Positions 1 to 12,620 of a stretch of DNA of 64,000 nucleotides are shown piece by piece. The notes below the pieces were generated by a model, which was not told the origin of the DNA, made no database searches, and saw only the letters and a list, made by a program, of their open reading frames with translations. A program made the position numbers and the translations under genes. The stretch spans positions 77,004,001 to 77,068,000 of the forward strand of contig OZ296654.1 of assembly GCA_965655095.1 (NCBI GenBank), written 5' to 3'. Numbering within the stretch: position 1 is the first letter of the stretch; every line of letters begins with the position of its first letter. Source of the DNA: Haplodiscus bocki (Eukaryota).

Positions 1-3000
1 TCATTAACCTATATTTCACTCTACACGACCGAAACAAACTCACAGCGTTTTTGTTTCCGCAAAAAATTACAACTGTTTGTTTTTCTTAGTCGTAATTCTG
101 TAACCTAACATAGTTAGAAGCCAGCCCATCGACCAAACTGATAATTTTCAAGTCTCCATGAATTGCATTAGTTTTTCTCATGGTAGCAAGACTCTCAGAA
201 GTGGTGAAACGTATAATGGAAATGAACTCCCAAAAGTGACATTTACAGCAGGAAACTTCACTGACGCATAAGAACTGTACAACGCTGAGGAGATCAATGC
301 AGAAAACGACCCGACTTCTTGAGATATACTTGATGAAAACTGAAGGCTAACTTGGAGTCCCCAAATGGATGTCCTCGTAGGCCCAAGACAATTTCTGTCT
401 CAAACCAATCTGATGCCAAAGATACAGAAAAACGCCTGACGAAGTTTGATGGTACTGGCGATGACGACAAGCCTAGCCCATTATGGCTTCCAACGAAAAT
501 TCACAGGAAGTTCCAATCACAGCCATTTTTGGGCAGTTTCTGTTGAGCAGCGAAAAGAATGTGTGGACCTCCAAAGAGCACACGTGCGAACAAGTTTTTC
601 TCGAGAGGACATTTCTGGCAGATGTTAATGAACAATATGGACAGCGACGCAATGTGTGCAAGTCTGGTGTGATTGGAGAGTCTGGAGGGGATGTCTGTCA
701 AAAAAGGTTGATGATGCTCAAGAAGCATTTGTTTCAATAGTGAAGAAAACATCAGCGTGTGTCACCCTGCCAACTGGAAAACCAAGGTTCAGAGCCATCA
801 CTGCAAAGTTTGTGGCACGCCACAGGAAACATAACATAATGGCGAACAAGAAATATTTAAAAAAGAATCGAAAGAAATTTCCAATTTTCACGACGTTACA
901 TCACTCAAAAGTAAAGTGCTCTACTTTTTTAAACAAAAACAGGATATGGCAAATGCTATTTCTGTGAATCAAAATTTTGAAAAGAGACTTAAAAAAATTT
1001 GATGATTTTGTTTAACCCTATGAATCAAACAAATCGTTGCTTATTGAATCTGTGGAACGCCAATTTTAGATATGCCCCCCAGGAAATAAACATTTCAAGA
1101 ACACGATACATCTCCAACGGAAGTTGTTGAAAGAGAGTTGTGAAGCATATAAACTCTCAATGAATCTTCAATGTTTCACAAAACGTTTTAAGGAATTTCA
1201 ACATTTAATGGATCAGCATCAATCCAAACCAAGCATCAAATGTTTTTTGGACACACGGTTCTCTAAGAATCAACCCTTGAAGCAAGTTAAAAAGAATGAC
1301 TAAGAGCAAAACATTTTTGGTAATTCTAATGAATGTAGCGGAGTTGCTATGTATTTTCATCAAAACCTTTCTTTCGAGATATTGGAACACGTGTATAGTC
1401 CATTCAGATTTTGACTAACTCAGGTTTTCACGAACAAAACATTTTTTCCAATTGTGTTTTAAGTCTCATTTTCAAAAAAAGAGTTTCTATTGCAATTTGA
1501 TGTTTACTTTGAACATTTGCAAGAAATGATTAATCAATGCATATTAGCTGAAATAACAACGGTCTTCTTCAAATTTCCGAGTTTTAATTTAACCGAAGAC
1601 GGATGCAAGCAGTTGCCAGATACGCTAATTTGAATAGCTAAATTTCAATATTCTAAATGATCATGTAAAACACAGCAAAAGTTTCTCAAACTCGAAAAGT
1701 CAAACTGAATTTGTTTACATCACCAATCGTTGTGCTATACTGATCTCGTGCCTTTTCAATTCGAGAAATTCCCTTAGAAAACTTTAAAAAAAAATTCCAT
1801 TTCTCCAGAACTTCTTCAAAAAACCTCTTTTGTTGTAAAAGCCTTGAACAAAATTTACTATTTTCCTTGCCGAGGGATTGTGTTAATGACTATGTCAACC
1901 ATATACCATAAATTCTCAGACAAAGAATTCATGAATATAGCAAGTACTCCGAAGTAACTTTTCTTCTGAAAAATTGTTTTTGCTTTGATAACTATATGGA
2001 AGGGTTGCTCAAGAAGAGAGAGTCTCTATCGTGAACAAAACGCTTCCCTAAACGAAGTTAAAAAACACGGACATAGAAAAATTAGAAAAAAAGCTAAATG
2101 TATTATTCGATTTAATAAGAAGCTGCACTCACTTTTTCAACAAAATGACAGATTTCCTAGAAAACAAGCATTTGTTTTTCAAACATATAACAAAACCGAA
2201 TGGACGAGAGCCATCAACTACCAATCCAATATTGAAAAAGTTCAGGTGTTCTAATCAAAAGGGAACAAGATTTTGCTTAATTTTCAATTCAAAAACTAAC
2301 TTTCATAGGTGTTGAATATGAAACTTTGCTGAATCACTGTTTCATGGAACATTCACTTCGTGCCTGGCAAATCATGAAAAACTATTTTTCCGGCAAGATT
2401 GCACTGCTATAGAAATGTAAAATCTACAACTAAAGTTTGATAGAGAAACGGCAACAAGCTTTGATGAAAATTCAAAATAAATTTCGAAAATTTGAACACA
2501 TCTTTTAGCACAACCATTCTCGGCTTAAAGTTCTTTTCTTCTGGGCGTTTTCCCAGGCTGCCTTAAAGACGCTAAAATAGAACCAATACTTGAACTTTGA
2601 TCGAATCAAAAGTTCGAAATATATAAGCCTCTGTCTATCTGTAGGTAAAATATTTGCGCCACTTATCTAGAATCGCCTTCAAACTTTCCTAATTAGACCG
2701 AAAAAAACTCTATTCGGTTTCTAACCTAAACTTTCGGCCACTGGTAGTGTTCTCGATATAACTCAAAATCGAAAATTAGCAACGAATAGGCTGTGTAAAT
2801 GCATTGCTTTTGACCTGCAAAGATTTATTTGAAATAGCAGATCACAAAAATCTGGGATGAAAATTGAACAACACGACAACAGAGGTGCTGCCATGGACTT
2901 AGTCTGCTCAGATCTCTCCAACCAGCGCCACAATCGAAAACTGGCTATGCACCTTGTTTTTGAACTGCTTCTGTTTGCAGTGTTCCATAGGGGTACAAAT

Positions 3001-4029
3001 CTGGCCCTCTCTTATCTTTTTTGCGGCTCTAATTTTTCCAGAAGCTTTTTACTTTGCGCCAAAATTTTCAAAATGTGAAACTAAAAATTTCCTGCGAAAG
3101 GAAACCTTGTTTTAGCTGATGTTTGGCATTTGCCTTCACGCCAAATAGACAAGTTTTTCCACATTTATGAACGTGAGAAAAACTTATTGACCAAAAAGTA
3201 ACATAATTACGGTAGAATGCACCTAAAATTAAATATTCTTGAACCGTTCAAAACTTGGGTCTTTTTCGAATGAATAGAAGGATTTTTATTGAAAACTTGA
3301 ATTTTCTCAGATTCGCTAAAAGTGGCAAAATTGCTGTACAATGCGTATCAGAAGTTTTCCCTTCAAATATCTTTTTGACACTAATTATGACCTTTTTTGG
3401 AACGAGCACAAAAAATTCTGAACGTCGGAAAAACGGATACTGTGACGACGGGAAGAGTGTTTTTCTCGAGAAACAATTGATTTCCCTTTTTCAAAAACGT
3501 TCAATTGAAAACTGGATAGGCTCAAGTTATGCCAGTGGTAGCTGGCTTTTCTGTTTTCGGTTTAACACCATAATGATCTCTGCAAAACAATTGTCAACAT
3601 ATCACAACTTACAAATGGCAGATGTTTCTAACATTTTGTACGAACTTAACAGTTCTTTCTGCTCTCTTACGCGATAATTTACTGAAAACAGCTTGTCTTA
3701 TGCTGCAAACAAATGGCTTCTAAAATCTGGCAAGTTCCAGTTGGTCACTTTCAAACTATGTCATTTTTTTGCTTTTTTCTAGACCAAAAAGTGTCCTTGG
3801 AAAACAAAAATTTAAACATTTATGTTTGAATTTCGACAAAGCTTTGAAATCTGATTTCTAAAATAGCGAAATTCTCAAAAAAATGCCACAGTCGAATGCA
3901 TTTTCCACAACGCGTCGAAAACATCACGTGTTTTTTTGTTTATTCCATGTAGAATTTACCTAAAACCCTTAATATATTAATGATTTCAATTCTGTGGAAG
4001 CCCTGGCTACACAAAAACGGTAGTCATTT

Positions 4030-7000
4030 ATTTGTTTACCCGAAAGGAAATTCGAGGAAAAGTTTGTTTCAAAAAATTGTTATTGTTAACCTCCTCTTTG
4101 CAAGATATAGGGTATTTATTGTCTCTGAGATATAGGTTGGCAAGTTTGTTATTTGATCTGAAATCTGTCAATGGCCTTTATTCAAACGGTCCTCTAAACA
4201 GTCTGATCGTGAACGAATATTCAAACCCCTCCATTTCTGCTCGGGGTGAAAACTCAGGTAAACTGCAATCCCATCAAATAACGATTTATTAGCAGAAAAA
4301 TCCGTGACATACCGGGGAGTATTTTTGTCCAAAGCTTTACCAGACGAAAGTGAACTACGAAAACGCAACAGAAACCTAGTGGAGCAGAATGTTTAAATTT
4401 TAGTCAGAAAAATTGTCAAAAACTGTGTTAATGGTAAAAGAAACTCTAGACACTATTCAATTAATTGTTTTTGTTTTTGGGGTTTTAATAGACAGGCCGG
4501 TTATCAGGCTTTGGAGGGTACAATCTGATTCTATAATTATGTTTTTTATTCAACTTGTTCTTTGTATTTGTTTGCATCAAAATATCAAAAACTTAAAGCT
4601 GGAACTTTAAACACTAAAGGATCACGTTGAAGGATTTGGAACCATATGATATAAACAACTAGCAGTTGCAACTTCCAATCCTAAAATCTGAAAAAAAATT
4701 GAGCTCTTCCCATTTTTTTGTGCAGTAAAGACTTCGTCAGTTTTCGATAAGAAATTATGTAGCTTCGTTTGAACCATGCGGTGTTAGAAACAGAATTACT
4801 CGACTTCAGGAGTTTTAGCCCTGTCAAAACGAAAAGTACCGAAAACAGTTTATGTCGTGAGGTGATCATAAATGGTTTTCTTGAGGAAAAAGGAACTTTT
4901 AAATCATATTTCGAAGCCGACAACTCTAAACTACAGAATGTCTTTAACCTTATGTATAAAAACAACTTTCCAGATAGATTTAACCGGCAGATTAGGTATA
5001 CCCGTAGGTTATATGTTGAGACCAGGACTGCTTGTTGTGCGTTTTAACTCGCAATGAGAACATGCTAGGAAACTTCTTTCCAAATCTTACAAGATGGAGA
5101 ACTGTCATGCACGACTCTTCATATCCTAATCGCTGAATAAAGATGATCACGCTAAAAAATTTGAAGATTTTTCAGAAACGTTATGAAGTGATTAATAGAG
5201 ATGGAATACTACGGGAAAAAATCCAAATTAAAGATCTCAAGTTTTTTAAAAATGGAACTGAAGTTAAATTCTAGAAGTGACTGCGGACAAAAATTGCCCC
5301 TAATTGTTCAAATTAAAATCAGTTTCTATACAACGATTGAAAGGTCTCAACCTTAAAAGTCTCGACTCGGCTAATGTAATTTTTGTCCGTGAAATTCTGT
5401 TATACCCAGAGGTCGAGGCTTCTGAACTTTTCCCATTGAATTGTAATTACTCAATCAATGCCAGACGAGATCGCTCTGTCTGGTGGTGAACACGGTGGTT
5501 TCTTCAATGCAGCTATGAAAGACTTCAGCTTCAGCTGCTCTGACTTCACTCTGAAAAACGACCAGAGTCTGAAAATTGGCCGAATCAACAATTTTGCTAT
5601 CGCCATTTCCAGCCCAACTATCCAAAGTTCTCACATGTGTCTATTGATTTTCAACCCACCATTGACATCGCCTTATGGGATTGAAGCAAACTTCTCAGTT
5701 GATTGAATTTCTTCGCGTCTTCGTAAAGTTGATTGTAATGTTCCCCACTTTTTCTCCATTTTGAGGGACCTCAATCTCAGTGATGTATTTTAGGCAATGG
5801 TTCCTGGTCATAGTGATTACTCCAGAAGTTTCTTGCCGCAAACTCAGCAAATTAATCCCAATTCGCTTGTTTTTTAGCCTTTAATTAGATATAGGTATAT
5901 ATTGTTATATGGTAGCACTTTGGATTTAATTCTTACTCCCGACTCTGACATACCTAATGTTTTGTGGACTCTCACCTTTATTCCAATTATCACCCTGTTT
6001 TTGCTTCGTTAGACTTTCCCATCACCTGTTCAGAGTCAGCCACCAAAATGAGAAATAGGTAATGTCTGTCGTCTTTTCATAGTACCCGTTTCAACTCCTA
6101 TTTGTTTACGGCATTCAACACCTTGATAGCACTAACAGATTGCAGTTTCAGTGAAATTTCCAACGAAGAATATTTCTCAATGCGGCAACAAACAGTGATG
6201 GACGATTTCAATATGTCCTGCAAAATCAAAACTACTCGCCGATTAGAGTTTTCATATTTCTTTTCCTCATATTCATTTCACTTGACCAAAAAAGTTCGTA
6301 CAGCTGAAAAATGTAGCTACAGGAAAGGTACCATTGACAGGTTACAGCAGGAAGTTACTATGTTTGTTCTATCATACGAAACAGTCCTTATTGAAATTCT
6401 GTTCCCTCTCTCCACTGGTTCCTGCTTCAAATTTGAACGTCTTTTTTTGTCAAATCGCTTGCCAAATCAAAAGAAATGGAAACCTTAAAGGAAAAACCAG
6501 TATCAAAAGTGATGATCACTTTATTAGTTTTTCAGCTCTGTCTTCCAAAAGTGTTATTATAAAACTTTGCGCCCGTCAAAACATCGTACAATCCACTCAA
6601 ACGATTTCACCATCAATCTCACTGAAATCTCCGATTTACTCTCGAAATTTAGAACCAGCTCATTGAATTCTGACACAATTCTTACATTTTCGCTGACACC
6701 AGGCCCTGATGTCTTCCCTCCACTGGCCATTCAACTTTTTACTATGGAATTAAAAGCAAGAAAAAAGCCAAACCTATTGAAATGCTCAATCACAAAGCCA
6801 ATTTCTCTGAATGGGAACCCCAAAGAAGCAGATAGTTAACGACCTAATAGCATTTTAACCCAACTATCACTGATTGTTGAGAAACTGCTCTTCCGACACG
6901 TGTATCGTCAAGTTCAAAACTCAATCTGTGACCAGCAACCTGGTCTTACGAAGAAGTGCTCCCCTGTAACACAACTATTGCTCTACTTAGATGATTTAAA

Positions 7001-8150
7001 CAACCCCAACTGCTGGCTACTTTGACTTTCGAAAGGCTTTTGACCTTTTTGCATACCATAATTTGTGCCAGAATTTAGCAGATTTTGGCTTCGATGAAAA
7101 GTTTTCAACATTGTTCCAATCTGATCTATACTCAAGGTTGCAACGAGTTTCAAACAATGACTTCTTCTCCCAAAGGTGGACAACAATAGCGGAGTACCTC
7201 AAGGTAGCGTCCACGACTGCTACTTTCAATCTTTTTCAAGGATGATTTCCCCGACGAAAATGACATTTCTTCCTGCTATTTAACTGTAGACGACAGAGCT
7301 TTCTCATCGCTTTTGACAATAAAAATTGATACTGATCACTTTAGTGAGATGGCCTACTTAAACAGAATAGAGAAAAATTATTCATGAAATAAAGCAAATC
7401 AATTTTGAGGGAAAGTTAGCTTCATCAGATCCCCTGCTCTCAAAGAGTAAAGTTATTCCTACAGTCTATTCAATCAAAGACCTAAGAATCATCAAACCAA
7501 ACATTTTTACATTGGACACTCATACTAAAAACTAATTAGTCGCGGCTAGGAAAGCTTATCAATTCTTAAAACGCACAGTTCCTCACATGTTGGTCCGACG
7601 AAACTTTTAAACTATCGTCTGTGTATTCAGAGTTTTCTGCCGTACGGATCCCGAGTAAGGTACTCTTCTAATATTTACAGATGGAAGTTGAAACTCTTCA
7701 ATAAGGATTGCCTGTTTTGTGTTACGGGGTTACAAAATAATCCACTGCTGCTGGCAGAGTCAAATAAACTACCCGTATCCTGTTATTCAGTTATATACGA
7801 CTTCGTTTTCCTCAACACTGCCATAAACAACAAATATGACTTAGATCTTAGCAACTATATCTGTTCCAGCGAACCTTGCAAGGATATGAGAAGTTCGAAA
7901 CACCAACAACTCTTGCCAGTCAAAAGATGTCGCAAACTCTCCCCGAAGGGTCCTCTTTTCAAAGAGTCTGCGGCTACTCCAACTTCGTGGCTAAAAAGAT
8001 TGACGTTTTTGTCTCAGCTGAAAGTTTTGAACTTGAACTGATGACACGTTTGCAATCAAGTCTCAACATTCATTTTAGATCGAACCTGCTCCTGGTTTAT
8101 AAAATGTCTCTTTATCATATGTAGCTTCCAGATATAAATAAATTTGTTTG
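4030..8150 (+). mobile_element. Highly degenerate CR1/L2-group LINE (ORF1 remnant, APE endonuclease and reverse transcriptase remnants)
   Basis: Broken frames carry LINE motifs. ORF1-like: REVIINGFLEEK and RLGIPVGYMLRPGLLVVRF (4769-5057). APE: ARRDR..GEHGG, LLIFNPP, LRDLNL, GSTLDLIL (5350-5940). RT: TPGPDVFP, RPNSILTQLSLIVEKLL, DQQPG, DFRKAFD, RLQRV..SGVPQGS (6690-7210), IKDLRII. Many stops and frameshifts; ends approximate. Confidence 0.85.
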
Positions 8151-8196
8151 TAAAGGCCTACCTTAAAAATGCTTGCATATACCTCTACATCTAAAA

Positions 8197-8431
8197 NNNN
8201 NNNNNNNNNNNNNNNNNNNNNNNNNNNNNNNNNNNNNNNNNNNNNNNNNNNNNNNNNNNNNNNNNNNNNNNNNNNNNNNNNNNNNNNNNNNNNNNNNNNN
8301 NNNNNNNNNNNNNNNNNNNNNNNNNNNNNNNNNNNNNNNNNNNNNNNNNNNNNNNNNNNNNNNNNNNNNNNNNNNNNNNNNNNNNNNNNNNNNNNNNNNN
8401 NNNNNNNNNNNNNNNNNNNNNNNNNNNNNNN
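8197..8431. other. Assembly gap (run of N)
   Basis: 235 consecutive n bases. Confidence 1.
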
Positions 8432-8620
8432 GCACAAAACTATAGTGTCGACGATCCCTTCGAGTGGGTTCGGGTGCGGTACTAATGTACCATTACTCTT
8501 TGCTTTCGAAGACGACGAGCCGTAGTTCGCGCGGACATCTGCTATATTTTGAAAAAAAAGTAATAGTTGAGCCATAAAACTTTAATGCGTTCAAGTCTGT
8601 CTGTAAAATAAAAAACGAAG

Positions 8621-8689
8621 CTAACGAAATGAGCAGTGGGGCGTAAAATTTGTCCCACAAACGGTACGTTGCGTTGCTCATTTCGTTAG
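8621..8689. repeat. Small inverted-repeat (hairpin/MITE-like) element, copy 1
   Basis: ctaacgaaatgagca (8621-8635) is the exact reverse complement of tgctcatttcgttag (8675-8689); the same termini recur at 18350-18444. Confidence 0.7.
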
Positions 8690-8983
8690 TGCTAGCATGT
8701 TCTTAAAAAGTGATGAATTTAAAGGCTACAGTTAATCTATTTGACACCAACAAGTTATACACTTAGGCGGTGATAGACAACAATTCTACGAGCACATGTT
8801 TTTTAACTGATCCACAACTGCTGTCAAACATGAAGTGATCTGTTTCTATGGTCTACGTAGTATCTCTTTACACTTGCCCAAGCAAGTGTTATTTCAATCA
8901 TGAGAACCGATGACTTGGATTTCCAGCCTGATTGTTGTGATAAACTTATTAAATAGTTCCCTATTGTCTATGATTGACTAATA

Positions 8984-9403
8984 ATGATGACGGAGGAAGT
9001 CAACATGAAGTGGATATGCCAAGAATGCGTCACCAACATCAGAGCCAACGCAACAACACTGGGCTGCTTTATCTGTGAAAATTGGTACCACTTGAAGTGT
9101 ACCAAAATTGAAAAATCAGTAATGAAAAATTACAAAAATGCTCCCTATACTTGTAAATACTGCTTAAAAAATGAATATGAAAGCTCCGTGATGCAATTTG
9201 AGATTCCTGGCCACATCCCGTCGAATGGACCGGGTTGTTCATCATCGGCGGGGCTAATCAGTCAGGGTCTTGGGTCAGGTGTAGACGCCCGTTACAATAG
9301 TGACGGAACCTTACCTGACTCAGAACCTGATTCACCCGACGATTTCTGGAAAAGCTCCCCGACAATGCACTTGCTACCCTGGAAGACATCAATAACGAGA
9401 TAG
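8984..9403 (+). pseudogene. N-terminal PHD-finger segment of the CRE element ORF
   Basis: C4-H-C3 pattern: CQEC...CFIC..WYHLKC...YTCKYC; frameshifts near 9365 into CRE-like LEDINNEIVNWR. Confidence 0.75.
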
Positions 9404-11848
9404 TAAATTGGCGGTTACGCCACTTTCAGATCTACAACAACAACGTAGGCAGAAAATTCATCGATTGAATCAATGTGGCCTTATCAGCAAAAACCAATGA
9501 CACTAAAGAGCAGAAATTATCTATCCTGGCAGCCATGACCATGCCACACTTGGTCCTGACAAGAACAAAGAAACAAGAATGACGGATCTGTCAATTCAAT
9601 TCTCAACCGGTGATTGAGTTTGTGGACTCAAGGTAAATTTATGGAGCTATTCCATGAAGCAAAAGCCCTCCATAACAGATCCAAAACGCTTTCCTGCAAG
9701 CGAAAAAGGGAACCCAGGAAAAAATTCGTGAGGCACATCACGAACGGGAATGTTGCAAATGCCATCAGACAGCTCGCAGAAGGCAAAGATGGTGGCGTAC
9801 TAGACTTGTCCGACAAAATTGGAGACAAGACCGTGCTTCAGGTGTTGAAAGAGAAGCATCCCAGGCCAGGAAAGCCAAAAGAAAGTTCATTGAGTCGCCG
9901 TCTGAAAAAGTACTGCCGTTTCACCCATCAATAGTTGACAATTTGGATGACGATGCAATAAAACGAGCAGCCACAGTGACCAGGGGAAGTCCTGGTCCCT
10001 CCGGATTAGATGCGAAAGAAAGGAGGAAAATGTTGACAGGAATGGAGCAAAGTTGTGTGAACTTGAAAAAAACCTGTGCCAAAATTGCAAGACGCATTGC
10101 CACAGGAACAATTGCTCAAAGTCACCTACGACCCTGCAATGCATGTCGGTTGATACCACTAGACAAGAAGCCCGCATTAGGACCAATTGGAGTGGGTGAA
10201 GTGTTGAGAAGAATAATTGGAAGATGCATTGCTAGGTGTGTGTCGGCGGATTTGAAGCACCTTGGTAGCAACATTCAATTGTGTCTTGGGGAAAAAAAGG
10301 TATTGAGCATGCAATACACACATTGAGAGAAGAGTTTGACGCAGACGAATCATGCCCCATGCTGTTGATAGACGCTTCAAAGGCTTTCAATTTCCTGAAC
10401 CGAAAATTAGCTCTGGAAAACATTGACACGATATGCCCTTCTCTTGTCACAGCGCTTAGAAACTCATATTCCGAACCCACTGACCTTTTCGTGAATGGCA
10501 CCAAGCTCAAATCGGAAGAATGGGTTACTCAGGGTGATCCATTGTCCATGGCTATGTATGGGATAGCTATTCTACCTCTGATCAAGAGGCTCAACGTGAC
10601 GGAGACATCCCAAAAATGGTATGCAGACGAAAGAAACTCAGCAGGAAACTCGTGTTCTGCAAGAGGACGGCCCCAATTACGGATATTTTTTCAATGGCCC
10701 AAAATGTCAACTAATAACAAAGAAAAACATGATGGAAGAAGCGAAGAGAGTTTTTCACAACACTGGAATTCAAATTGGACTGGGTGCTAGGGTTCTGGAC
10801 TCTGTTATCGGCGATTCTTCGGCCATGAACATGTTTTGCGAAGAAAAAGTGCAAAAGTACAGCAAGTTGACCAAAAAATTGAGAGAATTTGCCCGATCAA
10901 ACCCCCATCCCGTATATTCATGCTTAACTAAGGGCGTCCAAAGCAAATCGTCGTTTATGACCAGAACGACCACAGAATTCTACCTGAACCTTGATGGGGT
11001 CGAGAATTATGTTTCAGAGAAGCTTATCCCACGCTCACCGGAAGAGATGCTCCTAATGAAACACAAAGAGAGCTGCTCTCACTACCACTGAGAATGGGTG
11101 GTCTCAACATCCAGATGCCATCATATTACTCTGAGAACTTCAAGATGAGTTCTGAACCCCTGGAAAAAGTAACCCCGGTGATAGCTGAAAACATCCAAAG
11201 TCGGATCCTCAGCGACATCAAAACTGCCAAAGAAAGAATGAACAAGGCAAAAATTCACAAAATCAATTCAAATTTGAGCAAGGAAGAGACTCACGCTTTA
11301 AATCTGGCATCTGAGAAAAGCTCCTCAAGCTGGCTGAACGCCCTACCCATTGAAAGATACGGGTTCAACCTCACGACGGGCGGATTCAGGGATGGGTTAT
11401 GTTTTAGATACAGCTGGGAGCCCATAAACACGCCCGCGAAATGCCCCTGGTCTCAAAAGTTCCCATATGCACATGCGTCGCACTGCCCCAAAATCGGATA
11501 TACAATTATGCACCACAACGAGATTAGGGATACCTTCGGCAATCTGATGGATGAAGTTTGCCACGACGTCCAGATCGAGCCCATGCTTCAGGAGCTGCAA
11601 GGGGAGACCTTCGACAACAAAACCACCTGCTCTGACGAGGAAGCTCGACCTGACATCAAAGCAAATGGACTCTGGGGACAAAGATTTGAGCGAACGTTTT
11701 TTGATGTGAAGATATTCGACCCGCTTGCAAAGAGTTGCCCTAGATAGATCAAGGAGGCATAACAATACCACGAGAATATCAAAAAACTTGAAATATGAAG
11801 ACCGTATCCGCGAAGTTGAGAACAGCAGCTTCAACCCGATTGTATTTG
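9370..11848 (+). pseudogene. CRE element RT/RLE coding region, 5' part (multiple frameshifts and stops)
   Basis: ORF-track fragments 9614, 9943, 10281, 10621 and 11094 are consecutive pieces of one RT-RLE polyprotein. Confidence 0.88.
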
Positions 11849-11931
11849 TTAAATTGTACTTAGTTAGATTGTACTTATTAAATAGTTTCAGTTTATTGAA
11901 TGAATTCTGGGGTAGCCGTGGTTGCTCCCAA

Positions 11932-12519
11932 ATGGTAGTGTTTATTGGAGCTAGCAGTCTGAGCCATTCAATTGATCGCTATCCAAACATCAAACGAAGA
12001 TTGGGCAGACGAATCAAAGCAACTCCGGGATTGAGCTTCAACCCTCAAGCCGATCGTGAAAAGCAGGTTCGTCACATTCTTCGATCAGTCCCTAGAGGTG
12101 AAGGTATCATTCTGTGGCACGACGTGCTCAACAACTCTATTACCAGTCATCCTCAAATCAAACGTACCCCCCTTACTCCCGAGCAACTGGTCGAGAAGGT
12201 CAGTTCAGTTCCAAATCTTATCGGCATTGTGTATATCCAACGCGAGGTGAGCAAAAATCCACTTGTTCTTGCACCAAACTCATACAGAGAATTGAAGTCC
12301 ACCGGCATCCCAACGCTGGACGTTATCAGAAACACATTGACCAAGAAGAAACAGAAGAGCGATCTTCCCAACCAGTACCGTAAGCTTCATATCAAACCCT
12401 TCCTAGAGATTCATCTACTGCAGACTATTCTTAACTTTGGTTGCGATTTACAAAAACTGATAAACCGACATACCAGACCATCAAAGAAGTCACGAAATAA
12501 AGCAATAAAATCGGCCTAG
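11932..12519 (+). CDS. LINE ORF0, 195 aa, possible SGNH/GDSL esterase-like fold
   Basis: Intact ATG-to-TAG ORF inside the insert. MVVFIGASSL resembles SGNH block I, IILWHDVLNN block III, RKLHIKP block V; basic C-terminus. Fold call by eye. Confidence 0.55.
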   Translation: MVVFIGASSLSHSIDRYPNIKRRLGRRIKATPGLSFNPQADREKQVRHILRSVPRGEGIILWHDVLNNSITSHPQIKRTPLTPEQLVEKVSSVPNLIGIVYIQREVSKNPLVLAPNSYRELKSTGIPTLDVIRNTLTKKKQKSDLPNQYRKLHIKPFLEIHLLQTILNFGCDLQKLINRHTRPSKKSRNKAIKSA

Positions 12520-12620
12520 TCTAGCTTGTGAGTTTTTCGCTGCAAACCATTTTTGAATTCATTTTGATCTGACAGGCTCCGTTTGAATACGGGCTTCGAG
12601 GATTAGAGTGGTTTTCAGAA

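Noticed and set aside
8075-8575. ORFs spanning the N run
   Set aside because: Open only because of the assembly gap.
11725-11931. 5' extension of the 264-aa ORF
   Set aside because: Chimeric read-through from CRE sequence across the insertion junction; the plausible start is ATG 11932.
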